64,000 bases of DNA, from IMG/VR virus record IMGVR_UViG_3300006001_000012. One strand, written 5' to 3'. Below the pieces are notes generated by a model. It was not told the DNA's origin. It was given only the letters and a program-made list of their open reading frames with translations, and ran no database searches. Numbering within the stretch: position 1 is the stretch's first letter; each line of letters opens with the position of its first letter. Below are positions 30,528 through 41,052 of this stretch, in pieces. Source of the DNA: a virus. A program made the translations under genes and the position numbers.

Positions 30528-33500
30528 ATGGATTGCCTCATAGACCAGACCAATCGTAAAATAGAAAAGAATCCCAAATTCAAAAAGGTATATGGAGGAT
30601 ATTTTATTTCCGTATCCAATGCCCGAAGCAAAACAGATTGTATGAGAGAAGCGGGAAAATTAATTCATGCCATCAATAAAGGCTATGAATTTCTGGCAGA
30701 GTCGGAGAGACCCGTGTCTATGGACAAATCTCTTTCGGACGGAGTAAAAATCAATGTCCATATAGGAAAGAAATTAGAGGATTTGTATGACGTGAAGAAC
30801 GGACTGATGACCATTGACGAATGGAATAAAAAATACAGAGGCAAAACCGATGACGGAGAATTTATATTTAATTCTCCCAGATACGATGACAGCGGAGGCA
30901 AAAATAAAAATCACATCAGCGCAAATTACAGAGAAAATGATATTAAGGAACTCATAAAGAAAAATGAAGTAAAATTAGAGGTTAAACCAGACGGCACTTC
31001 TGTATATGTAGGAGTAAATGACGGAACAGAATACAGAAGGGTTACTTCATTAAAAAATAAAAATATCGAAGATACAAAAGGAGCTGCCGCGAGAGGCACG
31101 ATAATAGATTTGGCTTTAAGAGATTTTATCAATTCCGCAAACATGACATTAAAAGGTTTTAAAGAAAAATTTGCGGAACATGACGCGGAGGTAAGAAAGA
31201 AAATTGACAAAGAAAATGAAGAAATAAAAAAGTACAATGCAAAAGAAACGACAACTGTTACAAAAAGACTTAAACCTTATCCTCTTACATTCAGTGATCA
31301 GGCAGTAGAAGAATTATATGTTTTATTCAATGAATTTGCAGAAGGACATTTTCATTTAGTGTCGGACATTCCTACTCTTGCGGGCGAAATAAAAAAGGAA
31401 AATAAAGACGGAGGCATTGAGACAGGAACTAAAATAGCGGGTACGATAGACATACTTAACATCACGGAACACGGAGGGATAGAAATCATAGATTTAAAGA
31501 CTTCTTCTCATGACAGATTTTTAAGCAATTTATTTTATGTTGCCGATGTAAATCAACAATCCTATTACGCAGAATTGTTTCATCAGATTACGGGAACAAT
31601 TCCGACCTGTTCAAAGATTTTTGCCATTCGCGTAATAGAAGAAGGCAATGTAATTACGGGAGTCAAATCTACGGTAAGGGAACACAAGTTGGATGAAACT
31701 CTCGCCAAAGGACTGGCTTATAAAATACCTTATGACGAAGATATAGTAAATTTTAAATTGACTGATGCCTCTACGGTTACTATTTCAGAGTTTGTCAAAA
31801 TGATGGATGACGTAAAAAATGAAAATCAAAAACCGTTAGGAAGACAATACGAAGAAATATTGAGATGGAAAAGAGAACAGCTTGATTTGGTAAGACAAAA
31901 ATTAAAAGTTCTATCCGCAAAGAAAACAGAGAGCAAAGAACAAACCGAAAACAGAGGACAACTGTCTATTGCCAAACAAAGAAAAATTCTCAATGACGCG
32001 CAAACTAAATTGGAAGCTCAAATACAGTTTTTGAGAACAAACAAAGAATACGGAAAATATACGGTAGTGCATAATGATTTAAGACATATCGCGAGAGTCA
32101 TGGACATAAGCAGTCATTATGAATTAATGGATTTGGCAAACAGGCTTAAATTTTATGACAATCAGAAATTTGAACCAGAAATAATTTATAAAACAGATAC
32201 AAAAGACAGCGCGGGAAACGTACATAAAAAAGACAGCATAGACGAACAGAAAAGGAAGACAAGAGACAACAATACCATATTGCAGATAAACGCCATGAAA
32301 ACCTCTCTGCGCGAAAGATTTAAAGACGCCAATAAAAATCTGGTATTGCGATTAATGAAAGAAGATTCATGGATTAAAGAAACGCTGAGAAATTTAAATA
32401 AAAACGAGAAAGCAAAAATAGACTACAATAAACACTTTAGCAAAGAAGGAAAGTCGTTTGAAAAATTAATCAGGGATCATTATGAAGGCGAAATCAAATT
32501 AAAAGACAATGAAAAATTTGAAGAAATAGCCAAACTTATAGATAAGTATATAGGTTTGAGTGTATCTAAAAAAGATATGGAAAAAGTATATCCAAAAAAT
32601 GAAGTGCCGTCAAATATACAAGAAGGAAGAAATATAATAGATGATTTAACCAAAGAAGGAGGACTTTTGGATTATTTTATCGAAAGGGGCATGGTTGAAA
32701 AGGGATATAAAAATAAATTTATAGAATTATTAAAAACAGGGGAATTTGGCAGATACGAAGATTTTACGACAGAAGATTTATTGGCAGCCAACGCAGATAT
32801 CGACATCATGTCCGAAAATGTATTGGGCATCATTTCCTCCATGACGGGAGATACGGTAATTCCTCAATTTATTTACAGAATATTCTCCAATGAACTTCAC
32901 AGGAATGATCAGGAATCTGCCGCTTTGATAGACAAGTTGGAAAAATTTCTCAAAGAAAATAAAGGGAAGATCACAGACGAACAGATGCAATTATTTTTTA
33001 ATCGGGATTCAAAAGGAAACAAAGACGGATTTTTGGCAGATCCTTTTACGGAAGAATGGTATGATTGGTCAGAAAATAAAAAAAATGAAAAAGGGTTTGG
33101 ATATTTGGTCAGTTCTTTCGGCAGATTTCAAAATCCCGTACAAAAAATAAAAGATTACGAAGATATATTGAAATGGATGGACAAAAACGCAATTGTCATT
33201 AATTTCTTAAAATTGCCAGAAGTAAGGAAAGTATATGAAACTCATCCCAGATTCGGAAAATATTTTACAAATGTAAAAGAAGACGAAACATATGTAAAGC
33301 AGTTAAAAGAAAGAATGGGTCCAAAATATAAATCCGTAGTCAATAATATTTTAACCAACCTTTCCCATTACGAACATGATACCTCCGTAATGGGGAGCAT
33401 GACGGACAGGATGAAAGCCTCTTCCAATATATGGGATTTCATGAGCAGATACGGAGATGAAAAAAATCCAGAAGCAAAGAAAGGGTTTATACAATATCAA

Positions 33501-36500
33501 CAAACCAATGATTATAATAATGTGTTGGCGTCTTTGTCAAAAACAACGGTTAAAGCAAGAATAGACGTAAGGATAAAAGTATTGGATGAAATAAAAAATC
33601 TCAATAATCATATAACTATCATACGATCAAAGTTTGAAAAACAAGCTCCTTCGGGAGAAGATTTAGAAAATCTGAGAAAATACGAAACAATAGCAGAAAC
33701 AGCCATTGATTATTTAATAAAAGACGAAGGACTGAGCAGAGAACACGGCGAATTTATTTTAGAGAGAATCAAAATAGGAGCGTTAAGCGATAAAACTGAA
33801 ATTAAGAATGTTTTATTTTCTGATTTCAAGAACGTAATGATGATACCTAAAGATCCTTCGTTTGATTCGGCTAATTTTAAAAAGATAAAAGAAAATCCGT
33901 TATTGACGGAGCTTTGGGATATTTACAGGGAATCGGGAGAATACATTAACAACGTATATGGAAACATCTCTTCGGACAGGGTAGGGCTTCCTATGGTAAA
34001 AACTCCTCTTTCTGACAGGATGATGGGATACATGAGAGATATGTATAACAGCGTATTTAACAGAAGCAAGGAAAGAAGCACGGAGAAGAACCCCATGATG
34101 AAGTTCATTCTTGAACCTTTCAGAGAATTGACTCGGAATTTTTTTCAAAAAATAAAAACAAAAGACAAGCAAGGCATTATCAGCAACAGTCAAGACGCGG
34201 CAAGGATGGATATTGAAAGGCTTGCCGAGACTTACGTGATACAAGGAGTGCCCAGAGAAGAAGCCATAAAGAAAGCAAGAGAAAGAATAAATAAATATTA
34301 TTTCGGAGATATAAACGCTTCCATTAAACAGATGTTGGCAGCCAGCGCCATGCACAGAACAAGGCATACCGCAGAACCTATCGTTACCGCCATGATGAAT
34401 GTGTATAATACGGTGCTTTCGGGAAATAAAGAAAGAAGCGCGGGAAAAGCCAAACTTTTGTTTTGGGTAAACAAGTTCATCAAAAATCATTCTAATTCCG
34501 AGATGGATGACGGGAGATGGTCAAGCAAGCCTTTTCATGAATCCAGAACCATGAAAAATATGATCAAGGCATGGGGAGACGTAGAACTTGCCGCAAGCGA
34601 AAGAACCCGCAAAACGGTGTCTGAAAAGTTATGGAAACGATTTACGGAACAGGAAGATATTTTGCATAAAGAATACAGAGAAATATTAAAAAACGGAATC
34701 AAGGACGGACAGGAAATGGAAATTAACGAAGAAATAAACGGCATAGCATATAAATTTTCGGTAAAAGAGTTAAAAGACGAACACGGGAATCGCACGGGAG
34801 CATATTCCTATCATACCAATATGAAAGTAAATCCTCAGACAAATGAAATAGATTTTAAAAATTTGACTGAAACAGATCAGGATTTGAATGATCTGGGATT
34901 TGTAGATTCTTCAAAAAAGCAATTTGAATCCGCATTGGGTTATTACATTATGCAAAAGATGGACGCGATGGGTTCGGTAATTACCGTAAGTTCTATATTT
35001 GACGGAGTAATGATATGGGCAATATTCAAAGCATTGGGATTGTCTCCCATATCGGGAGTAAAGAACAGAGCGGAAGGGATACTTACCAACAATGCCGTAG
35101 ATGCCTACGGAGAATATTGGACTCCTGGAAATTACATGAAAGCCAAAGGGTTTATGGGATTTTCCAATCTTCTGGGTTTTAGAAATATGTCATTGGACAG
35201 AGAACACAGAGGGAAGAAAAAACAAATGATAATCTTCAAGCATCTGATGAATAAATTGGGAGGATTGCAAGAAAAGCATGATACTTTGGAAAGAATGGCA
35301 GACAAAGAAAAAGCCTATAAAGCCAATAACTTATTCTTTTCGATGTCTATCAATTTTCCTGAATTTAAAAATCAAGGAGAGGTATTTTTATGCACTATGA
35401 TGGATTACATGGTTACCGTGCCTAAAATCGGAAAAGACGGAAAAGCATTAAAAGACAAAAACGGAAAAACAGTAACCGAACAAGTCCCTTTCTTTGATAA
35501 AACCAAGATGGAATTTACTCTGTTTGACATTGACATGAGCGAGACTGTGCTGAAAGGGAAAAAAGACAAGTTCGGAGTCATAAACGTAAAGCCTGAATAC
35601 AGAGATCATTTCGACATGAGCAGTCCGCAAATGGAAAATCTCAGATTAAAACTGACTACTAATGTATCGAGGATACAAGGTAATTTTTCCAAGACTGACG
35701 GGATGAAGATAAAGACCAGTATTACGGGAAGAATGGTCATGATGTTCAAGACTTATCTGGCAGAACACATCAACAGCAGATATGCGGGGATGTTTGAAGA
35801 TTTTGACAAGAACTTAAATATAGATCTCAGCAATCAAAGAGTAAAAAGAAAAGGAAGAAATGCGGAATTATATCATTCAAGCAGCGCGGTAACCGCAGCT
35901 TATATGGCAATCGCGGGAGGCATGTCGGGGGGATGGCTTTATACTATTATAGCCATGTCGGGATTGGCTACGGGAGTAGTAGGCACTATCGCATTGTCTG
36001 CGGCTACTATTCCTTTTTTGGCAGGAGTCATGTTTACGGGCGTATATGCCGCAAAACATTTATTTTTTACCAAACATAAAATCAGAGAAGAAAGTCATCA
36101 GATACTTAAAATGGCATACTTTATAGAAAGCACTGTGTCCAATACATGGAATACATTCCCTTTATTCTTATCTTCTTTGACGGGAGGAAAAAACGCAGAA
36201 AGACTTACCATAAGAAAGACTATTCTTACGGGAAAGAAGCAAAGAGAAAACATAATGACCAAAGAAGAAGCACAAGCCATTCATGCCTGCGCGACAGAAT
36301 TGGGAGCTAAAGTAGCCATGTTTATGGTTATGATAGCCATTGTACAACTGTTTAAACCCGATGACGACAAACTCAAAGACTCTCCCGAAAAGAGGTGGTA
36401 TAATCAATTGATGAATTTAATGGTGCAACTGCAGTCTATGGGAGATGCGGCAATGTTTGTATATCTGTTGGCGGATGAATTGGGAAGAAATATGGTGGTG

Positions 36501-37277
36501 CAGACGGTGAAGGATATTGCGGAGTGCGTAAAGAAGTTATCAGACGGAAAATGGGGAGATGCGGGAGAGTCTGGATTGAAGGCTCTGCCTATTCCTAAAT
36601 TAGTGCACAGTCCCATTGAATATCTTATCGGACCCGATTATGACTTGACTCATTCATGGTTCGGAGGAAACATGGGATATAAATATCTGGGAGACGCGCA
36701 CAGCGATATTGCAGACAAAGGAGAAGGTTTGGCAGACAAGAAAATAAAAGGAAGCAAGGCAGAATTAAAAGATGCAAATCGTGAAAAATTTGCAAGATTA
36801 GCCAGAGAAAGCAAAGACGTAATGGCAGCGATAAATAAGACTTATGTAGATAAATATTTCAATCGAAAAGATTTGGCAGGCAGCAATAAAAAGGCTTTAA
36901 AAGCTAATGAAAAATATGGAGAAAATGTATCGCCGATGTTAGGATTGACCAAAGATCCAAATGTATTAAAAGCACCTGTGTCAGAAAAAGAATTTAATGA
37001 TTTATTAATTGATAATGCAAAAATTACAATTAAAAAGAAAATAAAAGAAGCTATATGGAAAGAGTATTATACAGAAAAAAGAACAAGTACTTTTTCACCG
37101 CCTGATAAACCGACAGAAGCGCAAGTAGAAACAGAAGCGGCAAGAAGAACGGGTAAAATTATAAAAATCATGAGAGAAGATTTTAAGCTCAGTTTAGAAC
37201 ATGCAAAAGAAAAACCTGATATTTTTACTCGTTCCGCAGATAAAATAGGAGAAATAAAAGATATGATATTTGATTAA
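30528..37277 (+). CDS. Large virion protein with an N-terminal PD-(D/E)xK nuclease domain and C-terminal membrane segments
   Basis: YRRVTS...AARGT...IAGTIDIL...IEIIDLKTS...QQSYYAELF is a RecB/Cas4-like motif set. Long hydrophobic stretches lie at about 35885-36055 and 36300-36355. Confidence 0.7.
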   Translation: MDCLIDQTNRKIEKNPKFKKVYGGYFISVSNARSKTDCMREAGKLIHAINKGYEFLAESERPVSMDKSLSDGVKINVHIGKKLEDLYDVKNGLMTIDEWNKKYRGKTDDGEFIFNSPRYDDSGGKNKNHISANYRENDIKELIKKNEVKLEVKPDGTSVYVGVNDGTEYRRVTSLKNKNIEDTKGAAARGTIIDLALRDFINSANMTLKGFKEKFAEHDAEVRKKIDKENEEIKKYNAKETTTVTKRLKPYPLTFSDQAVEELYVLFNEFAEGHFHLVSDIPTLAGEIKKENKDGGIETGTKIAGTIDILNITEHGGIEIIDLKTSSHDRFLSNLFYVADVNQQSYYAELFHQITGTIPTCSKIFAIRVIEEGNVITGVKSTVREHKLDETLAKGLAYKIPYDEDIVNFKLTDASTVTISEFVKMMDDVKNENQKPLGRQYEEILRWKREQLDLVRQKLKVLSAKKTESKEQTENRGQLSIAKQRKILNDAQTKLEAQIQFLRTNKEYGKYTVVHNDLRHIARVMDISSHYELMDLANRLKFYDNQKFEPEIIYKTDTKDSAGNVHKKDSIDEQKRKTRDNNTILQINAMKTSLRERFKDANKNLVLRLMKEDSWIKETLRNLNKNEKAKIDYNKHFSKEGKSFEKLIRDHYEGEIKLKDNEKFEEIAKLIDKYIGLSVSKKDMEKVYPKNEVPSNIQEGRNIIDDLTKEGGLLDYFIERGMVEKGYKNKFIELLKTGEFGRYEDFTTEDLLAANADIDIMSENVLGIISSMTGDTVIPQFIYRIFSNELHRNDQESAALIDKLEKFLKENKGKITDEQMQLFFNRDSKGNKDGFLADPFTEEWYDWSENKKNEKGFGYLVSSFGRFQNPVQKIKDYEDILKWMDKNAIVINFLKLPEVRKVYETHPRFGKYFTNVKEDETYVKQLKERMGPKYKSVVNNILTNLSHYEHDTSVMGSMTDRMKASSNIWDFMSRYGDEKNPEAKKGFIQYQQTNDYNNVLASLSKTTVKARIDVRIKVLDEIKNLNNHITIIRSKFEKQAPSGEDLENLRKYETIAETAIDYLIKDEGLSREHGEFILERIKIGALSDKTEIKNVLFSDFKNVMMIPKDPSFDSANFKKIKENPLLTELWDIYRESGEYINNVYGNISSDRVGLPMVKTPLSDRMMGYMRDMYNSVFNRSKERSTEKNPMMKFILEPFRELTRNFFQKIKTKDKQGIISNSQDAARMDIERLAETYVIQGVPREEAIKKARERINKYYFGDINASIKQMLAASAMHRTRHTAEPIVTAMMNVYNTVLSGNKERSAGKAKLLFWVNKFIKNHSNSEMDDGRWSSKPFHESRTMKNMIKAWGDVELAASERTRKTVSEKLWKRFTEQEDILHKEYREILKNGIKDGQEMEINEEINGIAYKFSVKELKDEHGNRTGAYSYHTNMKVNPQTNEIDFKNLTETDQDLNDLGFVDSSKKQFESALGYYIMQKMDAMGSVITVSSIFDGVMIWAIFKALGLSPISGVKNRAEGILTNNAVDAYGEYWTPGNYMKAKGFMGFSNLLGFRNMSLDREHRGKKKQMIIFKHLMNKLGGLQEKHDTLERMADKEKAYKANNLFFSMSINFPEFKNQGEVFLCTMMDYMVTVPKIGKDGKALKDKNGKTVTEQVPFFDKTKMEFTLFDIDMSETVLKGKKDKFGVINVKPEYRDHFDMSSPQMENLRLKLTTNVSRIQGNFSKTDGMKIKTSITGRMVMMFKTYLAEHINSRYAGMFEDFDKNLNIDLSNQRVKRKGRNAELYHSSSAVTAAYMAIAGGMSGGWLYTIIAMSGLATGVVGTIALSAATIPFLAGVMFTGVYAAKHLFFTKHKIREESHQILKMAYFIESTVSNTWNTFPLFLSSLTGGKNAERLTIRKTILTGKKQRENIMTKEEAQAIHACATELGAKVAMFMVMIAIVQLFKPDDDKLKDSPEKRWYNQLMNLMVQLQSMGDAAMFVYLLADELGRNMVVQTVKDIAECVKKLSDGKWGDAGESGLKALPIPKLVHSPIEYLIGPDYDLTHSWFGGNMGYKYLGDAHSDIADKGEGLADKKIKGSKAELKDANREKFARLARESKDVMAAINKTYVDKYFNRKDLAGSNKKALKANEKYGENVSPMLGLTKDPNVLKAPVSEKEFNDLLIDNAKITIKKKIKEAIWKEYYTEKRTSTFSPPDKPTEAQVETEAARRTGKIIKIMREDFKLSLEHAKEKPDIFTRSADKIGEIKDMIFD

Positions 37278-37282
37278 AAAAT

Positions 37283-37320
37283 TAAAACAAAGCAAGGTAC
37301 TCTTCCCTTGCTTTGTTTTA
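37283..37320. terminator. Bidirectional intrinsic terminator between the convergent virion and replication modules
   Basis: Perfect 15-bp inverted repeat taaaacaaagcaagg-tactcttc-ccttgctttgtttta in the 47-bp gap between convergent stop codons. It gives a U-rich tail on both strands. Confidence 0.9.
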
Positions 37321-37324
37321 CAGA

Positions 37325-37996
37325 TTACTTACTCTCTCTCATAAGACGTGTTTCTCCTTTATTGTAATTATATGCTCCTCTCTCCTGAAACATAGGTCTT
37401 TGTTCATCTCTGAACGTTCTCAATTGCTGTACTTGTTCTGATTCTATTATTGCTCTGATCTTGAGCGCATAATTAGCATCCTGAGAATATCCGCTGTCAA
37501 TGAGCAATTGAATATATTCTTCGTCTGACATATCCTTTTGTCTGATGCGGGATTGATAAATGGCATAGTCTGCCACGCAATCTTCGAGACTTGCATATAC
37601 CGCATATCCAGACTCGCTTATTTTATCGCAAGCTACATGAGGTCTTACCAAAGGATATTTCATGCCCGTGATATTATTATACCACCTGCATAAATAACTG
37701 TTAAAATTCCCTGTTTCCAATCTCATTTGAGCCAAAACTACATATTTGTTTCGGATGCGATATTTATCAACCAGAGAATCTACGAAATCCAGATGTATAA
37801 ATCCGTCCATGCTTCGCGTAGCCAGATCTCTTTTCATGTCATCGTATTCCTTTCCTTTTTCATTGATGAAATTCATCTTCTCCGTTTCCATTTTTAAAGT
37901 CTCTGCTTTAATCTTTGATTTGCAGAGTATGGTAAGCAATACCGCGTATCCCAGTACGAGCATTACAGTCCAGAATTCTATGTTCATGGTTTTCAT
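37325..37996 (-). CDS. GH73/FlgJ-like glucosaminidase (probable endolysin) with an N-terminal TM helix
   Basis: LAQMRLETG...NNITGMK...YAVYASLEDCVADY...GYSQDANY are GH73 motifs. Residues 8-26 are hydrophobic. Confidence 0.8.
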   Translation of the reverse strand: MKTMNIEFWTVMLVLGYAVLLTILCKSKIKAETLKMETEKMNFINEKGKEYDDMKRDLATRSMDGFIHLDFVDSLVDKYRIRNKYVVLAQMRLETGNFNSYLCRWYNNITGMKYPLVRPHVACDKISESGYAVYASLEDCVADYAIYQSRIRQKDMSDEEYIQLLIDSGYSQDANYALKIRAIIESEQVQQLRTFRDEQRPMFQERGAYNYNKGETRLMRESK

Positions 37997-38208
37997 TCTG
38001 ATTTAGATTGGTTTAACTCTTTTTCCATTTCTTCTCTTTTCTTCATCGAAGCATTTATTCCTTCCATGATTTTCAGTTGTTTTTCGCGAAATTCCTTTAA
38101 GGATTCTGCCGCGTCTTTTTCCATCTTTTTGGAATACTGTCTGAAATCATAAATGAATTTTACGCAAAATGCGATGAATACAAGCACTACAAGAATGTCA
38201 AAAATCAT
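37993..38208 (-). CDS. Small single-TM protein (holin/antiholin candidate)
   Basis: 71 aa with an N-terminal TM and a charged helix. It overlaps the start of the glucosaminidase gene (ATGA). Confidence 0.45.
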   Translation of the reverse strand: MIFDILVVLVFIAFCVKFIYDFRQYSKKMEKDAAESLKEFREKQLKIMEGINASMKKREEMEKELNQSKSE

Positions 38209-38219
38209 AATAAGTTAAT

Positions 38220-38984
38220 TTAAAATTTAATAATAGTATAAGTTATTCCCGTTCCTATCATGGGAGTAAATCCGTAAGAGGTCAATCCGTATCCCGCGAA
38301 TACGCCTATGCCCCATTTTCTTTCTTTGGGCAATTCTACTTGATAGGAATTGATTGATTTGATTTCCGCATACGGATTTTTATCCGCAATCTGGACGTAT
38401 GCTTTTTGTTTTCTGAACCATCCTTTATATTCGGGCACAAGAAGCACTTCGTATTCGTTTTTAACCGTAGCCCATACTCTTACAGAATCAAAAGCTCCGA
38501 CCACGCTACCTTTAATCCATCCGTTAAGATTAAAATCAGAAAAATACTTGGGATATATAAAAATACTGTCCCCCTTTCGGAGGACAGTATCTGTAATTAT
38601 CTCGGTTTTTGTTCTGACTTCATACCTTCCTTCGGATTTAAAAGCAGTCATGCTTCCTCCTTGTTTCAGTTCCTTCTTATATTTTGAAACCAACGATTGA
38701 AGATTTTTTATTTCTTTGTCTCTGATTTCTATTTCCAAAAAGGACTTTGCATTTTCCGTAACTAAAGATTTAATCTTGTACTGCGTCAAAGAGTCTTTGT
38801 CTATCCATACCTGCATTGAATCTTTGTTTATTACCCTATAAGTTCTGGGAGTAAACAATTCATCTTTAGAATAGACAAGAATTATGACAATGAGCAGGGC
38901 GCAACCCGATATAAATATGCCCTCTATATGGTCATCGACATAATCATATGCTCTCTCTAAGTACTCTTTCATTTTAGTTTTCAT
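38220..38984 (-). CDS. Membrane-anchored coiled-coil protein, spanin-like candidate
   Basis: N-terminal TM (GIFISGCALLIVIILVY), a coiled coil, and a C-terminal amphipathic beta-hairpin WGIGVFAGYG...GTGITYTIIKF. It lies in the cluster with the muramidase gene. Confidence 0.55.
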   Translation of the reverse strand: MKTKMKEYLERAYDYVDDHIEGIFISGCALLIVIILVYSKDELFTPRTYRVINKDSMQVWIDKDSLTQYKIKSLVTENAKSFLEIEIRDKEIKNLQSLVSKYKKELKQGGSMTAFKSEGRYEVRTKTEIITDTVLRKGDSIFIYPKYFSDFNLNGWIKGSVVGAFDSVRVWATVKNEYEVLLVPEYKGWFRKQKAYVQIADKNPYAEIKSINSYQVELPKERKWGIGVFAGYGLTSYGFTPMIGTGITYTIIKF

Positions 38985-39214
38985 TTGGATCTGATTTTAC
39001 CAAGACGTTTATGAGCACAAGGAGGACAAAAGTAAAGAATTGTTCCGACTTTCTTTGTCGTGCCTTCCTTTACTTTTTCCTTTGACCACTTTCTGCGCGT
39101 AATCAAATTGTCGAGATTTAATTTACTGTCAAATAAATCTCCTCCGTCTAATCCTTTGAGAGTAGCGGTGCAACTGTCGCAGGATATTCTTACTAATTTA
39201 TGAATCTCTTTCAT
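38981..39214 (-). CDS. Small Zn-ribbon protein
   Basis: CDSC...CPPC. Overlaps both neighbours by ATGA. Confidence 0.6.
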   Translation of the reverse strand: MKEIHKLVRISCDSCTATLKGLDGGDLFDSKLNLDNLITRRKWSKEKVKEGTTKKVGTILYFCPPCAHKRLGKIRSK

Positions 39215-39417
39215 GTTTTTACATATTCATTGTTTACAAGCATTTTAATTCTCAATACGCAATCGGGACAAATTTTGTAGTGATGCACTACATTATTTAT
39301 TATGGCAGATCCGATAATCCATTCTCTGCGGGATTCATCGGTTACGGGTCTTTTTGCCGTACATACCACGCAGGTATAACTGTCATCTGGAATTGAACTA
39401 AAAAATTGGTTCTTCAT
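39211..39417 (-). CDS. Small Zn-ribbon protein
   Basis: CVVC...CPDC. The likely start is the ATG at 39417 (MKNQFF) rather than 39462. Confidence 0.55.
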   Translation of the reverse strand: MKNQFFSSIPDDSYTCVVCTAKRPVTDESRREWIIGSAIINNVVHHYKICPDCVLRIKMLVNNEYVKT

Positions 39418-40018
39418 CAGATTTGTCTGTTTGGATTCCAAAATGTTCAGACGTCTCTTCAAGAATAACTTGATGTTTGTCCACTTTTATGCCTAAGTTA
39501 TCTTGTTCTACTCCCGTGCCCGTGCTTCCAAATCCTTTGTCTCCTCTTTCAGTTTTAGTGATTTCTTCTTTCTTTTCGTCTCCAAACTGAATTTCAGGAA
39601 CTGTCGCAGAACAAGCTACTAATTGAGCAATCCATTGTCCGTGTTCGATTTTTTGAGGCACGGAGGAATGATTGGTTACCACTACTTTAATCTCTCCTCT
39701 GTAATCTTCGTCAATAGTGCCGAACATCACAGAAATTCCTTTGAGAGAGAGTCCGCTTTTAGGTCTTACTTGAAGTTCGCCTCCTTCCATATGACCTATA
39801 ATAATTCCCGTGCCGAAGAGCATCATTTTCCCTTGCGAGATTTTGATCTCTCTTTGCTCATGGAATAATTTATTGTCAAAATATTCAGGGTCTGCTTCTG
39901 CGTATCCATGATCTGGATCAATTACGGAAATTGCGGCAATGTCCATGCCCGATGCTTTCTTTGATCCGTAATGCGGATACGATTTAGCGGCTTCTGTTTT
40001 CAAAAATTTAATTTTCAT
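39398..40018 (-). CDS. dut: Trimeric dUTPase
   Basis: Motifs SGMDI, RPKSG, GTIDEDYRGEI, IAQL and RGDKGFGSTG. Confidence 0.95.
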   Translation of the reverse strand: MKIKFLKTEAAKSYPHYGSKKASGMDIAAISVIDPDHGYAEADPEYFDNKLFHEQREIKISQGKMMLFGTGIIIGHMEGGELQVRPKSGLSLKGISVMFGTIDEDYRGEIKVVVTNHSSVPQKIEHGQWIAQLVACSATVPEIQFGDEKKEEITKTERGDKGFGSTGTGVEQDNLGIKVDKHQVILEETSEHFGIQTDKSDEEPIF

Positions 40019-40038
40019 CTGTTTTAATTTTTAATGTT

Positions 40039-40404
40039 TTAATTTTCTTTTCCAAGTTGATATTCGTGTATCGTAGTTTCTTCGATTATCTGCGTATTCA
40101 TGATACCCATGTCATAAAGAATGTCCACCGCGCTTTTTTCTTTTTCTTTTCTCCATCGCAGTTGAAATTCTTCTAATCGGTATCCCCACAGATGAGTCAA
40201 AGCATAAATAATGTCAAAAGGGTTCGGCTTGAACAAGTCAAGCTGAATCCTTCTTTTCTTTACTCTGAACAAAGCTGCCAATGCTCTGCTTCTGAACATT
40301 ACTTCTCTGTACCGTTGTTCTCCTTCGGGAGTATGTTGATAAATAAGGAAGTCTCTGGCTAATGCTTCCATTTCTCTTTCTTTTTTTCTTTCGTTATACC
40401 TCAT
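40039..40404 (-). CDS. Hypothetical protein
   Basis: 121-aa ATG-started ORF that tiles the - strand operon. Confidence 0.6.
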   Translation of the reverse strand: MRYNERKKEREMEALARDFLIYQHTPEGEQRYREVMFRSRALAALFRVKKRRIQLDLFKPNPFDIIYALTHLWGYRLEEFQLRWRKEKEKSAVDILYDMGIMNTQIIEETTIHEYQLGKEN

Positions 40405-40415
40405 TGTCAGTTTGT

Positions 40416-41045
40416 TTATTTCCAGACTTTGTCCAGATCTTTATTGAAAAATATTCTGTCCTCCGAAGTACAATTGAATATTTCTTCTTTCTTCTTTAAG
40501 GGAAGTTCCCATTCCGAATTATAGACGGACTCGGTATTTATCTTTTCTCCGAACTCTTCTTCTATGGTCTTTTTGAACTTTGTCAAAGCTGTATTCGACT
40601 TGGAAAGAATGGCATATTCTTCCTGTTTTCCTTTGCTTGAAAAGAGGTATTTCAATTCTTGTTCGTTGTACATTTCGCTGTACTTGGATTGAAGAAATTT
40701 ATCATATGCTCCGAAATATTTTTCGGGTATTTCAATGACTATGCAATGCGCATATGCGGCAAGCAAGTCAGGTTCGGGACAATAATCATATTTAAAATAG
40801 GATTGTCCTTTCGTATAATTAAGGAAAGACTTAAATTCTTTCGGCGTTGATTTTTTATTAAACAAAACATATACGTTTCTTCCCGCTCCTACTTGCGCTC
40901 CGTTGAGCAAAGTGTCATAAATTCCCGCAGCCATTTTACGGGTTACGTTTAAACGATTTACGAAGTGTCCTCCGTATTCTTTTAAACAGGGCAACAAGAA
41001 CCTCCATGTTTTGTTTATATAAAGTTTGTCTTTCTGGATAATCAT
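40416..41045 (-). CDS. Hypothetical protein (replication module)
   Basis: 209-aa ORF (NKTWRFLLP...YDKFLQSKYSEMY) tiling the operon next to the exonuclease. Confidence 0.65.
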   Translation of the reverse strand: MIIQKDKLYINKTWRFLLPCLKEYGGHFVNRLNVTRKMAAGIYDTLLNGAQVGAGRNVYVLFNKKSTPKEFKSFLNYTKGQSYFKYDYCPEPDLLAAYAHCIVIEIPEKYFGAYDKFLQSKYSEMYNEQELKYLFSSKGKQEEYAILSKSNTALTKFKKTIEEEFGEKINTESVYNSEWELPLKKKEEIFNCTSEDRIFFNKDLDKVWK

Positions 41046-41052
41046 GGCTCAG

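Noticed and set aside
526..36616. Many 60-200 aa ORFs on the - strand under the virion genes (and + strand ORFs under the replication genes)
   Set aside because: They are Phe/Leu/Ser-rich antisense shadows of A-rich Lys/Glu coding sequence, fully nested in better-supported genes, with no motifs.
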